A DNA stretch of 64,000 nt from assembly GCA_963717145.1 (NCBI GenBank), contig OY970325.1, forward strand, positions 5,248,001-5,312,000, in the 5' to 3' direction. Shown piece by piece: positions 18,868-29,531 of this stretch; positions within the stretch are counted from its first letter, which is position 1; every line of letters begins with the position of its first letter. Made by a program: the position numbers and the translations under genes. The notes beneath the pieces are model-generated. The model was not told where the DNA came from. It did no database searches and saw only the letters and a list, made by a program, of their open reading frames with translations. This stretch comes from an uncultured Armatimonadetes bacterium (GTDB taxonomy: Bacteria; Armatimonadota; UBA5829; DTJY01).

Positions 18868-20352
18868 ATGAATGTCGATGACAACCTGAAGCTCTTCTAC
18901 GAGAAGCTGAAGGAGATGTACAATCTGCAGTGCATCGAGGCGCTGCTCGGATGGGACCACCAGGTCTACATGCCGCCGCAGAGCGCCCAGGCCCGGGCCG
19001 ACCAGCAGGAGTATATCTCGTGCCTCGCCCACCAGCGGGCGACCGACCCTGAGTTCTGTCGGGTGGTGGATGAACTCGCCGAGGCGCGTGAGAGCCTCTC
19101 GGAAATCGATCAGGTGAACGTTCGTGAGATCAAGAGAGGACTCGACATCGAGCGGAAGCTCCCCGAGGATTTCGTGGCGGAATTCGCGCAGGCCTCCTCG
19201 ACCGGTTACAGCATTTGGGCAGAGGCGCGCCCGAAGAACGATTGGTATGCCGTCGAGCCGGTCCTGGAGAGGATCTTCCAGTTATCGAAGCGCAGGGCGG
19301 ATCTCGTCGGCTACGAGGAGCATCCCTACGACGCGCTACTCGACATCTTCGAGCCCGGCATGAGGCTCTCACAGGTCAAGCCGCTCCTCCTTGATCTGGC
19401 CGACCAACTCAAGCAGATGATCCCACCGATCGCCGAGAGATTCAGCGGCGAGGGAAAGCTCAAGGGCCACTTCGATAAGGACTGCCAACACCGGTTTGTA
19501 TCCAAGGTCGCGAGCGATCTCGGCTTCGACTTCCAACAGGGACGGCTCGATACGACCGCGCATCCCTTCATGACGTCCATCGGCCCGCATGACTTCCGGA
19601 TCACGACTCGCTACAACGAGGGCAACTTGCTCGCCGGGCTGTACGGAACTATGCACGAAACCGGCCACGCCCTCTACGAGATGGGCCTCCCGAAGGAGCG
19701 CGCCGGCACTCCGAGGGGTGAATCGGTGTCCCTCGGGATCCACGAGTCGCAATCGCGGTTCTGGGAGAACCTAGTCGGCCGGTCCCGCGAGTTCTGTGGG
19801 CACCTGATCGGAGTAATGAGGGAGTTCTTCCCGGAGCAGACCGGTGCATTGACCTGCGACGACCTGTGGAAGCGCGTGAACCAGGTCGAGCCGAGCCTCA
19901 TCCGCGTCGAAGCGGACGAGGTCACGTACAACCAGCACATCGTGATCCGCATGCTCCTGGAGGAGCGCCTTATCACCGGCGACCTGAGCGTATCCGATCT
20001 CCCCGGCGCGTGGGATGACCTCTACGAGGAGTACCTGGGCGTCCGATCGCCCGACGCGAAGGACGGCGTGATGCAGGACATGCACTGGTACACCGGCGGG
20101 GTCGGCTACTTCCCGACGTATTCGCTCGGGAACCTCTACGGCGCTATGATGATGCAGACGGCCCGTGAGGCGCTCCCGGATATGCCGCGTCAGATCGAGC
20201 GCGGGGAGTTCGCACCACTACTCGCCTGGCTGAGGACGAACGTCCACCAATACGGCATGACGTTTCGCGCCGCCGACCTGATTCGCCATATCACCGGGCA
20301 CGACCTCAGCGATCAGCCGTTTGTCGAGTATCTGAGAGCCAAGTTCATGTAG
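18868..20352 (+). CDS. Carboxypeptidase, M32 (Taq) family
   Basis: HPF, HETGH, HESQ, IRVEADE, QDMHW and YFPTY motifs. Confidence 0.95.
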   Translation: MNVDDNLKLFYEKLKEMYNLQCIEALLGWDHQVYMPPQSAQARADQQEYISCLAHQRATDPEFCRVVDELAEARESLSEIDQVNVREIKRGLDIERKLPEDFVAEFAQASSTGYSIWAEARPKNDWYAVEPVLERIFQLSKRRADLVGYEEHPYDALLDIFEPGMRLSQVKPLLLDLADQLKQMIPPIAERFSGEGKLKGHFDKDCQHRFVSKVASDLGFDFQQGRLDTTAHPFMTSIGPHDFRITTRYNEGNLLAGLYGTMHETGHALYEMGLPKERAGTPRGESVSLGIHESQSRFWENLVGRSREFCGHLIGVMREFFPEQTGALTCDDLWKRVNQVEPSLIRVEADEVTYNQHIVIRMLLEERLITGDLSVSDLPGAWDDLYEEYLGVRSPDAKDGVMQDMHWYTGGVGYFPTYSLGNLYGAMMMQTAREALPDMPRQIERGEFAPLLAWLRTNVHQYGMTFRAADLIRHITGHDLSDQPFVEYLRAKFM

Positions 20353-20385
20353 TGTCCGACCGGTCCGACATCCAAGGAGGTACCA

Positions 20386-21150
20386 ATGAGCCCATTTGTT
20401 GCAGGCCGCGAGTTCCTCAAGGCCCACGTGTGGAAGGAGTTCAGCGACCAGAAGCTTGTCACCGGCCAGAGTATGGGAGCGCCCAGACCTGATCCCGAGA
20501 AGCCGTTCCCGAGCGACGCCCGGCTGATCGACCTCGTCGATCCCGCCGACTTCACGGTTGGCGACGTCCCGATCAAGGACGTCATCCGCCGCAGACGAAG
20601 CCGGCGGAAGTTCACAGACGAGGCGCTGTCACTCGAAGAGTTGTCGTACCTGCTCTGGGCGACCCAGGGCGTTACGAAGGCCGCGAACCTCCGAGACGGT
20701 GTCCTCACGTACCGGACGGTCCCGGCGGGAGGCGCGCTTCAGCCGTTCGAGACCTACCTGGCCGTCAACCGGGTCACCGGCGTCGAAGCGGGCCTGTACC
20801 GATACCTCCCGATGGAGCACAAGCTGCTCTTCATGCGCTCGGATCCCGATCTCATGGAGAAGGCTGCCCTCGGGTGCGCCGGTCAGGACTTCGTGGCGAC
20901 GAGCGCGGTCGTCTTCATCTGGACGTGTCTCCCGTACCGCAAGGAATGGCGGTATTCGGTCGCCGCGCACAAGATCATCGCCCAGGACTCCGGCCATCTC
21001 TGCCAGAACCTCTATCTCGCTGCCGAGTCGGTCGGCGGCGGGACGTGTGCGATCGGGGCATACTTCCAGGAGGAGATGGACACCCTTCTGAGCGTCGACG
21101 GCGAGGACGAGTTCACCATCTACGTCGCCCCGGTGGGGAAGGTCGGGTAG
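20386..21150 (+). CDS. SagB/ThcOx-family nitroreductase
   Basis: RRSRRKF, RTVPAGGAL, DSGHLCQNLYL. Confidence 0.9.
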   Translation: MSPFVAGREFLKAHVWKEFSDQKLVTGQSMGAPRPDPEKPFPSDARLIDLVDPADFTVGDVPIKDVIRRRRSRRKFTDEALSLEELSYLLWATQGVTKAANLRDGVLTYRTVPAGGALQPFETYLAVNRVTGVEAGLYRYLPMEHKLLFMRSDPDLMEKAALGCAGQDFVATSAVVFIWTCLPYRKEWRYSVAAHKIIAQDSGHLCQNLYLAAESVGGGTCAIGAYFQEEMDTLLSVDGEDEFTIYVAPVGKVG

Positions 21151-21221
21151 TGAGCAGTAAATGGTGAACGGTGAGCAGTGAGTTCCGAGACCGTTCACCG
21201 TTTACTGCTTACCGTTCACCG
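21150..21221. repeat. Heptamer-based palindrome (GGTGAAC/GTTCACC family) between convergent genes
   Basis: gtgagcagtaaatggtgaacgg ... ccgttcaccgtttactgcttac. Confidence 0.75.
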
Positions 21222-21224
21222 GCC

Positions 21225-21686
21225 CTACTCCGCCCAGTGGAAGCACGAATCCCCGAGCAGCGTCTGGATGTAGTTGATCTGGCCGTCGTGATAGGTCATG
21301 TGGCTGATCGGCAGGAGGATCGCCTCTCCGATCCGGAACTTCGCGCCCCAGGGCATCGTGACCTCCCTGTCCAGGTCGGCCTCGCTCAGCGAGTCGAGTA
21401 CCAGGCAAGCCTTCTCGGCGCTCTCGATGACCAGCTTCCCGAGCGCTTCCAGGGTCGTCGCCTGATCCACTCGCTTGTTGAACTCCTCATCGGGCGCCGC
21501 ACATGCGATGGCGACTCCGAGCATGACATTGCTCCGCGCGATCTCGGCGAGGATATCCTTGGCGGTTTTCGCACATCCCGCCGGGCAGAAGCAGAACTTA
21601 TCCTCGGGTATGTACTTCGCGTCCTTCACGATAAGTTCGGCCTGGCGCATCGTCCCGCCCTTAGCCATCTCGATGATCGAAGCCAT
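21225..21686 (-). CDS. DinB-family protein
   Basis: IPEDKF.F.P and HMTYHDGQI motifs; AGGAGG RBS. Confidence 0.8.
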   Translation of the reverse strand: MASIIEMAKGGTMRQAELIVKDAKYIPEDKFCFCPAGCAKTAKDILAEIARSNVMLGVAIACAAPDEEFNKRVDQATTLEALGKLVIESAEKACLVLDSLSEADLDREVTMPWGAKFRIGEAILLPISHMTYHDGQINYIQTLLGDSCFHWAE

Positions 21687-21710
21687 TCTCTCTACCTCCT
21701 TCAGAAATCC

Positions 21711-21746
21711 TACTCATACTCATACTCATACTCATACTCATACTCA
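21711..21746. repeat. (TACTCA)6 simple sequence repeat
   Basis: Six perfect hexamers starting 25 nt upstream of the DinB start codon. Confidence 0.95.
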
Positions 21747-21750
21747 ATCC

Positions 21751-21889
21751 GGGGCGAAGCATTGGCGATTCTGTCCCGAAGTCGGCGCAGTCCGAAGGGC
21801 CAATGCTTCGCCCCTACATCCTGGGCGGAGAACTGGCGATTCTGTCCCGAAGTCGGTACAGTCCGATTGGCCGATGTTTCGCCCCTACA
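21751..21889. repeat. Two tandem copies of a GTAG-type REP (GGGGCGAAGCATT...AATGCTTCGCCCCTAC)
   Basis: Both ~70-bp units share tggcgattctgtcccgaagtcgg and end in ttcgcccctaca. Confidence 0.8.
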
Positions 21890-22137
21890 CCCGGAGATGT
21901 CTGGTCTAGCGCAGCTTTCTTCTGCGGCAACTACGGTATATATACCGTGCTGTACTTGCCGCATAGTGCGGTAAGTCGCGCACTCCCCCAGGACGTGCCG
22001 TTGCCGCCGTCCCGCCGGATGGCCGGCACGGAGGCACGGCCACTACGGTTTTCGTCGCACCGGCCTGCTTGTCCTGCGAGGCAGGGAAACGGATGGTTTA
22101 CAATCCCGGGCGCTTTCCACTATCATTGTCCCACGCA

Positions 22138-24117
22138 ATGAACACCCCGACAGCACCCGGAACCGATACGGCAACACGATACGACCGCGTCACACCGCGC
22201 GCGGTGATCCTGTCGCTCATCCTTGCGGTCATCAACGACTACTGGCTTGTCCAGATCGAGGTCGTGCGCTACTCCTTCGCCACCTATGCCGCGCCGTTCT
22301 ACAACTGCATCTTCACCCTCCTGGTCGTCACGGCGGCGAGCTTCCTTGTCAAGCGGCGATTCCCGCGGCTCGCGCTCAGCCGGGTCGAGCTGATAACCGT
22401 CTACGTCATGCTCTCGATCACCAGCGCCGTCTGCTCCCACAACATGATGGAGGTGCTCGTCTCGCTGATGGGCTACGCGTTCTTCTTCCAGACGCCGGAG
22501 AACGGGTGGGGCAAGCTCTTCATCGACAAGATTCCGAAGTGGCTGACTGTAAGTGACCCGGAGAGCCTGAAGCACTTCTATTACGGGCACTCCACGCTCT
22601 ACGATCCGGTCAACTACACTCCGTGGATCGTGCCGGTGCTCTCGTGGTCGGCGTTCTCGGCAGTCCTGCTCTTCACCATGCTGTGCATCAACAGCATCCT
22701 CCGCAAGCAGTGGGTCGAGGCCGAGCGGCTGACCTTCCCGTGTATCATGCTCCCCCTCGAGATGACCGAAGAATCCGGCTCGCTCTTCCGAAACCGCTAC
22801 ATGTGGATGGGGTTCGCCATCGCCGGTTTCCTCACGTTTCTGGCCGGCCTCAACTATCTCTATCCATCGATCCCCTGCGTTCGGATCGTGCGCCAGAACT
22901 TCGGGCAGTACATCGTGAACCCACCGTGGAATGCGATCGGCGCGATCATCGTCGGCTTCTACTTCTGGGCGATCGGGATCGCGTTCCTGATGCCGCTCGA
23001 GCTTTCGTTCTCATGCTGGTTCTTCTACTGGGTCGTCAAGATGGAGATAGTCGGCACGCGGATCCTGGGCCTTAACGAGCTGAATGTCGTCGGCGGGAGC
23101 TTCGACCGGACCTATCCGTTCCTGATCTCGCAGTCCTACGGCGGGTACCTCGGCTTCTTCGCGATGAGCATGTGGTCGAGCCGCCGCTACCTCAGGCGCG
23201 TCTTCCGGACCGCCTTCCTCGGCACGAAGGAGGAGGACGAGTCCCGGGAGGCCCTGAGTTACCGATCGGCGATCCTCGGCCTGATCGGAGGACTGCTGTT
23301 CCTGGGCACATTCGCCTACCGAATGGGCATGTCGATCCCGATCATCATCGCATTCTTCGTGCTCTATCTGACATTCGCGATCATCATCAGCCGCATCCGG
23401 GCCGAACTCGGCTTCCCGACTCACGATATGCACCAGATGAACCCACCGTACCCCATCACGACGGCTTTGGGCACGGAGAACATCGACGCGCAGAACCTGG
23501 TCGGCTTCTCGCTGTTCTACTGGTTCAACCGCACCTACGCGAGCCATCCGTCACCGCACCAGTTGGAGGCGTTCAAGCTGTCGGAGCGAGTCGGCAATCC
23601 CGCGAGGCAGATGTTCTTCGCCGTCATGATCGCCGGCATCTTCGCGCTCCCGATCGGATTCTGGAAGCTCCTGCACACGTACTACCACAACGGCGGCGCG
23701 ACGGCCAACATGGAGATGTGGGCGCTCACGTTCGGAAGCGAGGCTTGGAACAGGCTCGGCACGTGGATCAAGCAGCCGACCCAGCCGAGCGTGCTCTCGC
23801 TCGGGTTCGTTGGCGTCGGGTTCGCGATTTCGACGATCCTCGCGTGGCTGAGAATGCGGTTCTTCTGGTTCCCATTCCATCCGCTCGCGTATGCCCTCGG
23901 CCCGAGTTGGGGGATCGCGCAACTCTGGATGCCGATCTTCATCGGGAGCACCGCCAAATTCCTCGTGCTGCGGTTCGGGGGACTCAAGCAGTACCGGAAG
24001 GCGATCCCTTTCTTCTTCGGGCTGATCCTCGGCGAGATCACGGTCGGAAGCCTCTGGACGATCATCGGGATCGTGCTCGGCATCCCGACCTACGACTTCT
24101 GGCCGGGGAAGATGTAG
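22138..24117 (+). CDS. Polytopic membrane protein, DUF6785/DUF6784-like (putative transporter)
   Basis: Many TM helices; RKQWVEAERLTFP, RIRAELG, WFPFHPLAY, PFFFGLILG. Confidence 0.8.
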   Translation: MNTPTAPGTDTATRYDRVTPRAVILSLILAVINDYWLVQIEVVRYSFATYAAPFYNCIFTLLVVTAASFLVKRRFPRLALSRVELITVYVMLSITSAVCSHNMMEVLVSLMGYAFFFQTPENGWGKLFIDKIPKWLTVSDPESLKHFYYGHSTLYDPVNYTPWIVPVLSWSAFSAVLLFTMLCINSILRKQWVEAERLTFPCIMLPLEMTEESGSLFRNRYMWMGFAIAGFLTFLAGLNYLYPSIPCVRIVRQNFGQYIVNPPWNAIGAIIVGFYFWAIGIAFLMPLELSFSCWFFYWVVKMEIVGTRILGLNELNVVGGSFDRTYPFLISQSYGGYLGFFAMSMWSSRRYLRRVFRTAFLGTKEEDESREALSYRSAILGLIGGLLFLGTFAYRMGMSIPIIIAFFVLYLTFAIIISRIRAELGFPTHDMHQMNPPYPITTALGTENIDAQNLVGFSLFYWFNRTYASHPSPHQLEAFKLSERVGNPARQMFFAVMIAGIFALPIGFWKLLHTYYHNGGATANMEMWALTFGSEAWNRLGTWIKQPTQPSVLSLGFVGVGFAISTILAWLRMRFFWFPFHPLAYALGPSWGIAQLWMPIFIGSTAKFLVLRFGGLKQYRKAIPFFFGLILGEITVGSLWTIIGIVLGIPTYDFWPGKM

Positions 24118-24218
24118 GCCGGAGTTCCGTCATGCACCGCTTGACGCTGTCCCCGAAATACCGGATAATCACTTATGGAAACCAACTCCGTGTTGGAACA
24201 CGTCATGGAGGATATCCG

Positions 24219-25334
24219 ATGCGTATAACTCTCGTAATACTGGCTCTGCTCAGCATAGTCACAGCGGCCTGCGCGGCCGATGGTCAAGCATTCCTCGGCA
24301 TGTTTGCCGAGACGAGCATCATGCAGATCGCGGGCATGCCCGAGATGCCGCCCATTCCGCCCGGCATCGAGATGCCGAACATCCCCGGCATGGAGGGGAT
24401 GATGAGCATGGGCAAACCCGTCCGATCGTTCACCGTGAGACTCTGGTCGCCTGGGATCGCTCCGGAGGGCGCAACGGCAGGCATCGTTCCGCCCGAGGGC
24501 CTGAAACAGGGGAACAGACTCGACCTCGAACTCTATCGACCCAAGGCCGAGAAGTCCGAAACCGGCGGTGAGACCGGTCCGGGCCAGGATGGGGGCAAGA
24601 TTCCCGACTTCACGATCAAGTACTACTGGGGATCGTCCGCCACAGTCAGGCCCGGCCAGCCGAAGATCATCAGCTCGAAGTCGATGACCGCTGAAGCGAA
24701 ACAGCTTATGGAGAAGGAGCGACCGGCGGCCAGGGGAGGCTCATCCTACTTCTACAAGCCCGACTGGACCACCGCATACTGGCCGACCAAGAAGCAGCCC
24801 GGCAAGATCGCCAAGGATGCGGCGCTGCCCGGGAAGTACGCCCTGACGACCAGCTACACCGGCAATGTCGAACTCGATTGCCCGCCGAACGTCGACTTCC
24901 TCGCGCCGATCAAGCTCGTCAGCCCGAGCCTGGCGGATCCGGTGGATCTCTCCGGCGTCTTGACGCTCAAATGGAAGCCGATCCCGAACCTGCTCGGCTC
25001 TCATGCCGTCATCATGGGCATGGAGGGCAAGGACACGCTCATCATGTGGAGTTCCGCCGAAATCTGGCGCGACGATATCATGTCGGTCGACTGGGGCTAC
25101 CTCCAGATGGCGGAAGTCCAGCAGTATGTCAAGGACCAGATCATGATGCCCGGCGCGCAGACGCAGTTTGTCGTCCCCGCGGGCATCTTCAAGGAGAGCG
25201 ATATGGCCTCGCTAACGATGACCGGTTATGGCCCGGGCGCGGCTCGAATGGACACTCAGCCGCTGCCCCGCATCCAGACCAAGACGAAGCTCACAGTCCA
25301 GCTCGGCGGCAAAGCCGTCGGGGAGATGAAGTGA
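24219..25334 (+). CDS. Secreted hypothetical protein
   Basis: GGAGG RBS and signal peptide MRITLVILALLSIVTAACAA; the upstream part of the 720-aa track ORF is an overlap artefact. Confidence 0.8.
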   Translation: MRITLVILALLSIVTAACAADGQAFLGMFAETSIMQIAGMPEMPPIPPGIEMPNIPGMEGMMSMGKPVRSFTVRLWSPGIAPEGATAGIVPPEGLKQGNRLDLELYRPKAEKSETGGETGPGQDGGKIPDFTIKYYWGSSATVRPGQPKIISSKSMTAEAKQLMEKERPAARGGSSYFYKPDWTTAYWPTKKQPGKIAKDAALPGKYALTTSYTGNVELDCPPNVDFLAPIKLVSPSLADPVDLSGVLTLKWKPIPNLLGSHAVIMGMEGKDTLIMWSSAEIWRDDIMSVDWGYLQMAEVQQYVKDQIMMPGAQTQFVVPAGIFKESDMASLTMTGYGPGAARMDTQPLPRIQTKTKLTVQLGGKAVGEMK

Positions 25335-25339
25335 CCATG

Positions 25340-25408
25340 GGCTGTAGGGGCGCGCCTTGTGCCGCCCGAGATAGGGCTGCGGGCGGCACAAGGCGCGCCC
25401 CTACAGCC
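25340..25408. repeat. GTAG-type REP, perfect 29-bp inverted repeat
   Basis: ggctgtaggggcgcgccttgtgccgcccg / cgggcggcacaaggcgcgcccctacagcc; same family as the intragenic copy at 41580. Confidence 0.9.
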
Positions 25409-25431
25409 TAAGTGTCTAAGAGGAACTCATC

Positions 25432-26941
25432 ATGGCGGATGAAACCAGATTGACGAGACTCGAGCCCGGCATGCCGATACTCATCGGCGGCGACCGGGTC
25501 GTGCACGTCTCGCAGGAATTGGCGGACAGGTTCCGGCCCGGTGACAAGCTGATCGTCGTGCGCAAGACCGGCGAGATACTGCACATACCCGCGGCCGTCG
25601 ACCAACTGGCGACCGAGGCCGTCAGCCGCGCCCTTCAGGCATTCCGTGACCAGCAGAGCGCATCGGACGAGCAGTTCACGCTGTTCTACAATTCGTTCGC
25701 AGGCCGCCTCGCCGACGACGCGGTATGGAACGAGATCGCCAGGATCAACGTGCAGGATGTCGATCGCGCGAAGTCCAAGGGGCGCTCGACCACGCGCCTC
25801 GTCGCCGGCGACAAGATGCGTCGGGACATGATCGCCGGACTTGCACAGTGGGCGGAACTGGAATCGCGACGTGACAAGGTGACCGGCCGGGTCGAGCACG
25901 AGGGCTGGGTCGTCGAGGAGGTCGTCAGCCCGTGCGGGGTCGTCGCGTTCGTGTTCGAGGGGCGGCCGAACGTCCTGGCCGACGCGACCGGCGTGCTCCG
26001 GAGCGGCAACACCGCCGTCTTCCGCATCGGAAGCGACGCCCTGAACACGGCACAAGCGATCATGGAACTCGCGCTCCGGCCCGCGTTGATCGACGCCGGA
26101 CTGCCCGAGTATTCCGTCACGCTTCTGGAGAGCGCCGAGCATTCCGCCGGATGGGCGCTCTTCGCCGATCCCAGGCTCGCGCTGGCGGTCGCTCGCGGAA
26201 CGGGCCGAACGGTCGATACACCTGGGCGCCATCGCCCGGGAGGCCGGGAACGACGTGAGCCTCCATGGAACCGGCGGCGGGTGGATCATCGCCGATACCC
26301 ACGCCGACCCCGACAAGTTCGAACTCGCGGTCTACAATTCCCTCGACCGCAAGGTCTGCAACACGGTCACTGTGATCTGCATCCCCCACTCGCGGGCGGG
26401 CGATCTCGTCCCGAAGCTCTTGAGCGCCCTTCAGAAACGCGGCGAGAAGCTCGGACACGGCTACCGGCTGCACGTCGCTCACGGGAGTGAGGACATAATC
26501 CCCAAGGAGCTGTTCACCACCGAGACCGAGGTCCTCCGGGCAACCGGCGCGGTGCACGAGTTGACCGCGACCGTCTGGCCCGCCGATCAGCTCGGCCACG
26601 AGTGGGAGTGGGAGCAGACGCCCGAGGTCACGGTGGTCGCGATCCACGATCTCGATGAGGGTATCCGGCTCTTCAACGAGCAGTCGCCGCTGATGGTGGC
26701 GTCGCTGATCAGCGAGGATGAGGCCGCGCACGAGAAGCTCCTACGGGAACTGAACGCGCCATTCATCGGGAACGGCTTCACTCGCTGGGTCGACGGCCAG
26801 TACGCGCTCTGTCGCCCGGAACTCGGGCTCTCGAACTGGCAGAACGGCCGGCTCCTCGCCCGCGCCGCGGTCCTCACCGGCGACGGTGTCTTTACCGTGA
26901 AGTTGAGGGTCAAGCAGTCCGATCCGGACGTGCATCGGTAG
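25432..26941 (+). CDS. Gamma-glutamyl phosphate reductase (ProA)-like aldehyde dehydrogenase, split by +1 indel
   Basis: FEGRPNV, LRSGN, ARG, KVCNT (catalytic Cys), TRWVDG. Removing one base at ~26220 joins ORFs 25432..26490 and 26255..26941 (TVDTLGAIAREAG). Confidence 0.75.
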
Positions 26942-27003
26942 TCCGTAGGGGAGGCCTTCGACGGCCTCCCGCCCGCCTGTGGACCGATTGGAGGGTTGAC
27001 GAC

Positions 27004-27231
27004 ATGGCTTCTTCGCCCAGTATGCCGGCAAAGCGAATTCCGTGGAAGATCGCTCTACGGGTCTTGTTCTTTGTCGGTGCTTCCTACCTGGCCTTCAGAA
27101 GATGGACACAGTGGCAGAACGGCGATTCGACTGCCGTCCTGTTCGCCATTGTCTGGGTGCTTGTAGCCCTGAGTCAGTTGCTCCAGATAGTGTACCCAAA
27201 CCTGCTATCGAAGCCTGATAGGCCCGAGTGA
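27004..27231 (+). CDS. Small two-TM membrane protein
   Basis: GGAGGG RBS and two hydrophobic segments; fills the intergenic gap. Confidence 0.5.
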   Translation: MASSPSMPAKRIPWKIALRVLFFVGASYLAFRRWTQWQNGDSTAVLFAIVWVLVALSQLLQIVYPNLLSKPDRPE

Positions 27232-27368
27232 CTGCTTCCTCACCACCGAATGGCGAGGCTATCGATGTCCAAACAAGCTGAAGCAAGCTAGTTTGAGTCC
27301 GAGCTTGCCTCAGCTTGCTTCTCGTACCACTGGCCTGGGGATTTGATGCCCAGGCAGTCGAGGACCAT

Positions 27369-29516
27369 ATGCATTTCGCTCTCATAGTCGCCCTGCTCGC
27401 AATATCAGCCGCACACGGAGGGACCATGGACACCCTGAGGACCGAGTTCGCCAATCCGGGGAACGACTACCGCGCGATTCCGATGGAGTTCGACTATGCC
27501 AAGCCAACCGAGTTCGCCGACAAGCTCGTCGATGGCAAGTGGGGTGGGGCGCACTTCAACTACCCCCACGGCGGTCCGGGATACCTCCGCGACGAGGCGG
27601 GATGGGACCAGTACAAGGCGGCGGTGGCGGCGTGCCGGGAGCGCGGGCTGAACGTCTGGATCTACGACGAAATGGGCTACCCGAGCGGCCGCGCGGGCGG
27701 CCACGTCCTGGAGGGCCATCCCGAGTACGAATCCCAGGGCCTCTTCTATGACTCCAGAGACATCGCGGTCGGCAAGGATGGGCAGACGATCGAGTGGCGC
27801 GTCCCCGAGGGCGCGCCGTTCTACGTGGCGGTCGCGCAGGTCGATTGGGGCGGCGGTCTCTACGACATTACCGAGGTCACGGACAAGGTGACGGACGGCG
27901 TCCTGAAGATGGAGTTGAAGCCCGGCAGTTGGCGGCTGATGGCGTTCGTCCAGAACCGCCTGCGGGAAGGCACGCACGCCTCGATCGCATTCGGGCCATA
28001 CATCAACATCATGGATCCCGATGCAGTAAGAAGCTTCATCGAGATCACCCACGACGCCTTCTATGCCCACTGCGGCCCGGATTTCGGCACTACGATCAAG
28101 GCCGTCTTCAACGACGAGGTCTCGCTGATGAGCGGCTTCCTCACCGATGACGCGCAGCCCCATCCCGCGGTCGCCTGGTATCACGGCCTGCCGGAGATCT
28201 TCCGGAAGCGGACCGGCTACGACATCCGCGAGTGCCTGCCCGCTCTCTTCAACAACGTCGGGCCGGATACCGCCCGGAAGCGATGTGATTACTATTCAGT
28301 GATCGCCCAGCAGGTCGCGGAGTCGTTCTTCAAGCAGGTCCGCGAATGGTGCGAGGCGCACAAGGTCGCGTCCACCGGCCATCTGCTGTGGGAGGAGTCG
28401 CTGATCTTCCATGCCAACTTCTACGGCAGCGTCTTCCCCTCGCTGAAGGAACTCGACTGGCCGGGGATCGACGTGCTCGGCGCGGGATATGGGAACACAT
28501 CCGGCTCGCACGTCGAGGGCGGGCCGGTCACCCCGAAGCTGATCGGCTCGGCGGCGCACATCTATGACAAGAAGCGCACGATGTCCGAGTCGTTCTGCTT
28601 CGTCACCGGCAAGACGCCGATCGAGGAACTCCTCGCGCACATCGCCTGGCAGCAGGTGCTCGGCATCAACAGCTTCACGACGCTGAGCATCAACGACCAG
28701 TACCCGGCGGAGTCGTTCCGCCTGCTGAACGACTACACCGGCCGCCTGAGCTACATGCTCACACAGGGACGCTTCACGGCGGATGTGGCGATTCTCTACC
28801 CGATCGCCTCCGTGTGGGCCGACTTCAAGCCGACGAACCGCCATGTCCACCACCTCGACGACAACCCGAAGGCTAAGGATGTCGATGACGCCTGGCGCGC
28901 GATCTCCCAGGAGGTGCTCGCCTGCCAGCGCGATTTCGACTACCTCGATGAGGATGCGGTCCGGCGCGCGAAGATATCCTCAGGCAAGCTGATGATCGGG
29001 AAGAACGCCTACTCGGTCCTCATCCTCCCGCACGTCACGACGCTCGACTACTCGACCCTCAAGCGGATCAAGCAGTTCGTCGATGCCGGCGGGACGGTGA
29101 TCTCCTACGAGACGCTCCCCTACACCCGCGCCGATGCAGGCCCGGCGGATGAGCATCGCGCCCTCGTCGACGACCTCTGGGATGGCAAGGGCGTCATCCA
29201 TACCGAGACCATGCCCTCATTCCGCGAGGCTCTGAGGTCGAGCGGCACCCCCGACCTCGTCATCACTCCATCGACTCCCCATATCTACTACCAGCACCGC
29301 ATCCTCCCCGCAGGCGACATCTTCTTCCTCGTCAACAACTCGACCGACCCCGTCACCGGCGACTTCGCCTTCCGCGCATCCGGCAAGCCTGAGGTCTGGA
29401 ATCCCCAAACCGCCGAGACCTCCCCCGCCGACGCCTCGAAGAAGAACGGCATGACCACCCTCCACCTCACCCTCCCGCCGAGAAGCGGGAGGTTCGCGGC
29501 ATTCCGGGGCCAATGA
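27369..29516 (+). CDS. Secreted GH106 (alpha-L-rhamnosidase-like) glycoside hydrolase
   Basis: Signal peptide; WIYDEMGYPSGRAGG, FNDE, PGID, SESF, FFLVN...EVWNP. Confidence 0.8.
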   Translation: MHFALIVALLAISAAHGGTMDTLRTEFANPGNDYRAIPMEFDYAKPTEFADKLVDGKWGGAHFNYPHGGPGYLRDEAGWDQYKAAVAACRERGLNVWIYDEMGYPSGRAGGHVLEGHPEYESQGLFYDSRDIAVGKDGQTIEWRVPEGAPFYVAVAQVDWGGGLYDITEVTDKVTDGVLKMELKPGSWRLMAFVQNRLREGTHASIAFGPYINIMDPDAVRSFIEITHDAFYAHCGPDFGTTIKAVFNDEVSLMSGFLTDDAQPHPAVAWYHGLPEIFRKRTGYDIRECLPALFNNVGPDTARKRCDYYSVIAQQVAESFFKQVREWCEAHKVASTGHLLWEESLIFHANFYGSVFPSLKELDWPGIDVLGAGYGNTSGSHVEGGPVTPKLIGSAAHIYDKKRTMSESFCFVTGKTPIEELLAHIAWQQVLGINSFTTLSINDQYPAESFRLLNDYTGRLSYMLTQGRFTADVAILYPIASVWADFKPTNRHVHHLDDNPKAKDVDDAWRAISQEVLACQRDFDYLDEDAVRRAKISSGKLMIGKNAYSVLILPHVTTLDYSTLKRIKQFVDAGGTVISYETLPYTRADAGPADEHRALVDDLWDGKGVIHTETMPSFREALRSSGTPDLVITPSTPHIYYQHRILPAGDIFFLVNNSTDPVTGDFAFRASGKPEVWNPQTAETSPADASKKNGMTTLHLTLPPRSGRFAAFRGQ

Positions 29517-29531
29517 GGCAGAGCTGGCGCA

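Noticed and set aside
23172-24218. N-terminal 349 aa of the 720-aa track ORF
   Set aside because: Alternate-frame overlap with the membrane protein gene; the real start is ATG 24219 with RBS and signal peptide.
27268-27320. Integron attC site after the small membrane gene
   Set aside because: A hairpin exists (aagctga..gcaagct/agcttgc..tcagctt), but there is no matching RYYYAAC/GTTRRRY pair and no integrase.
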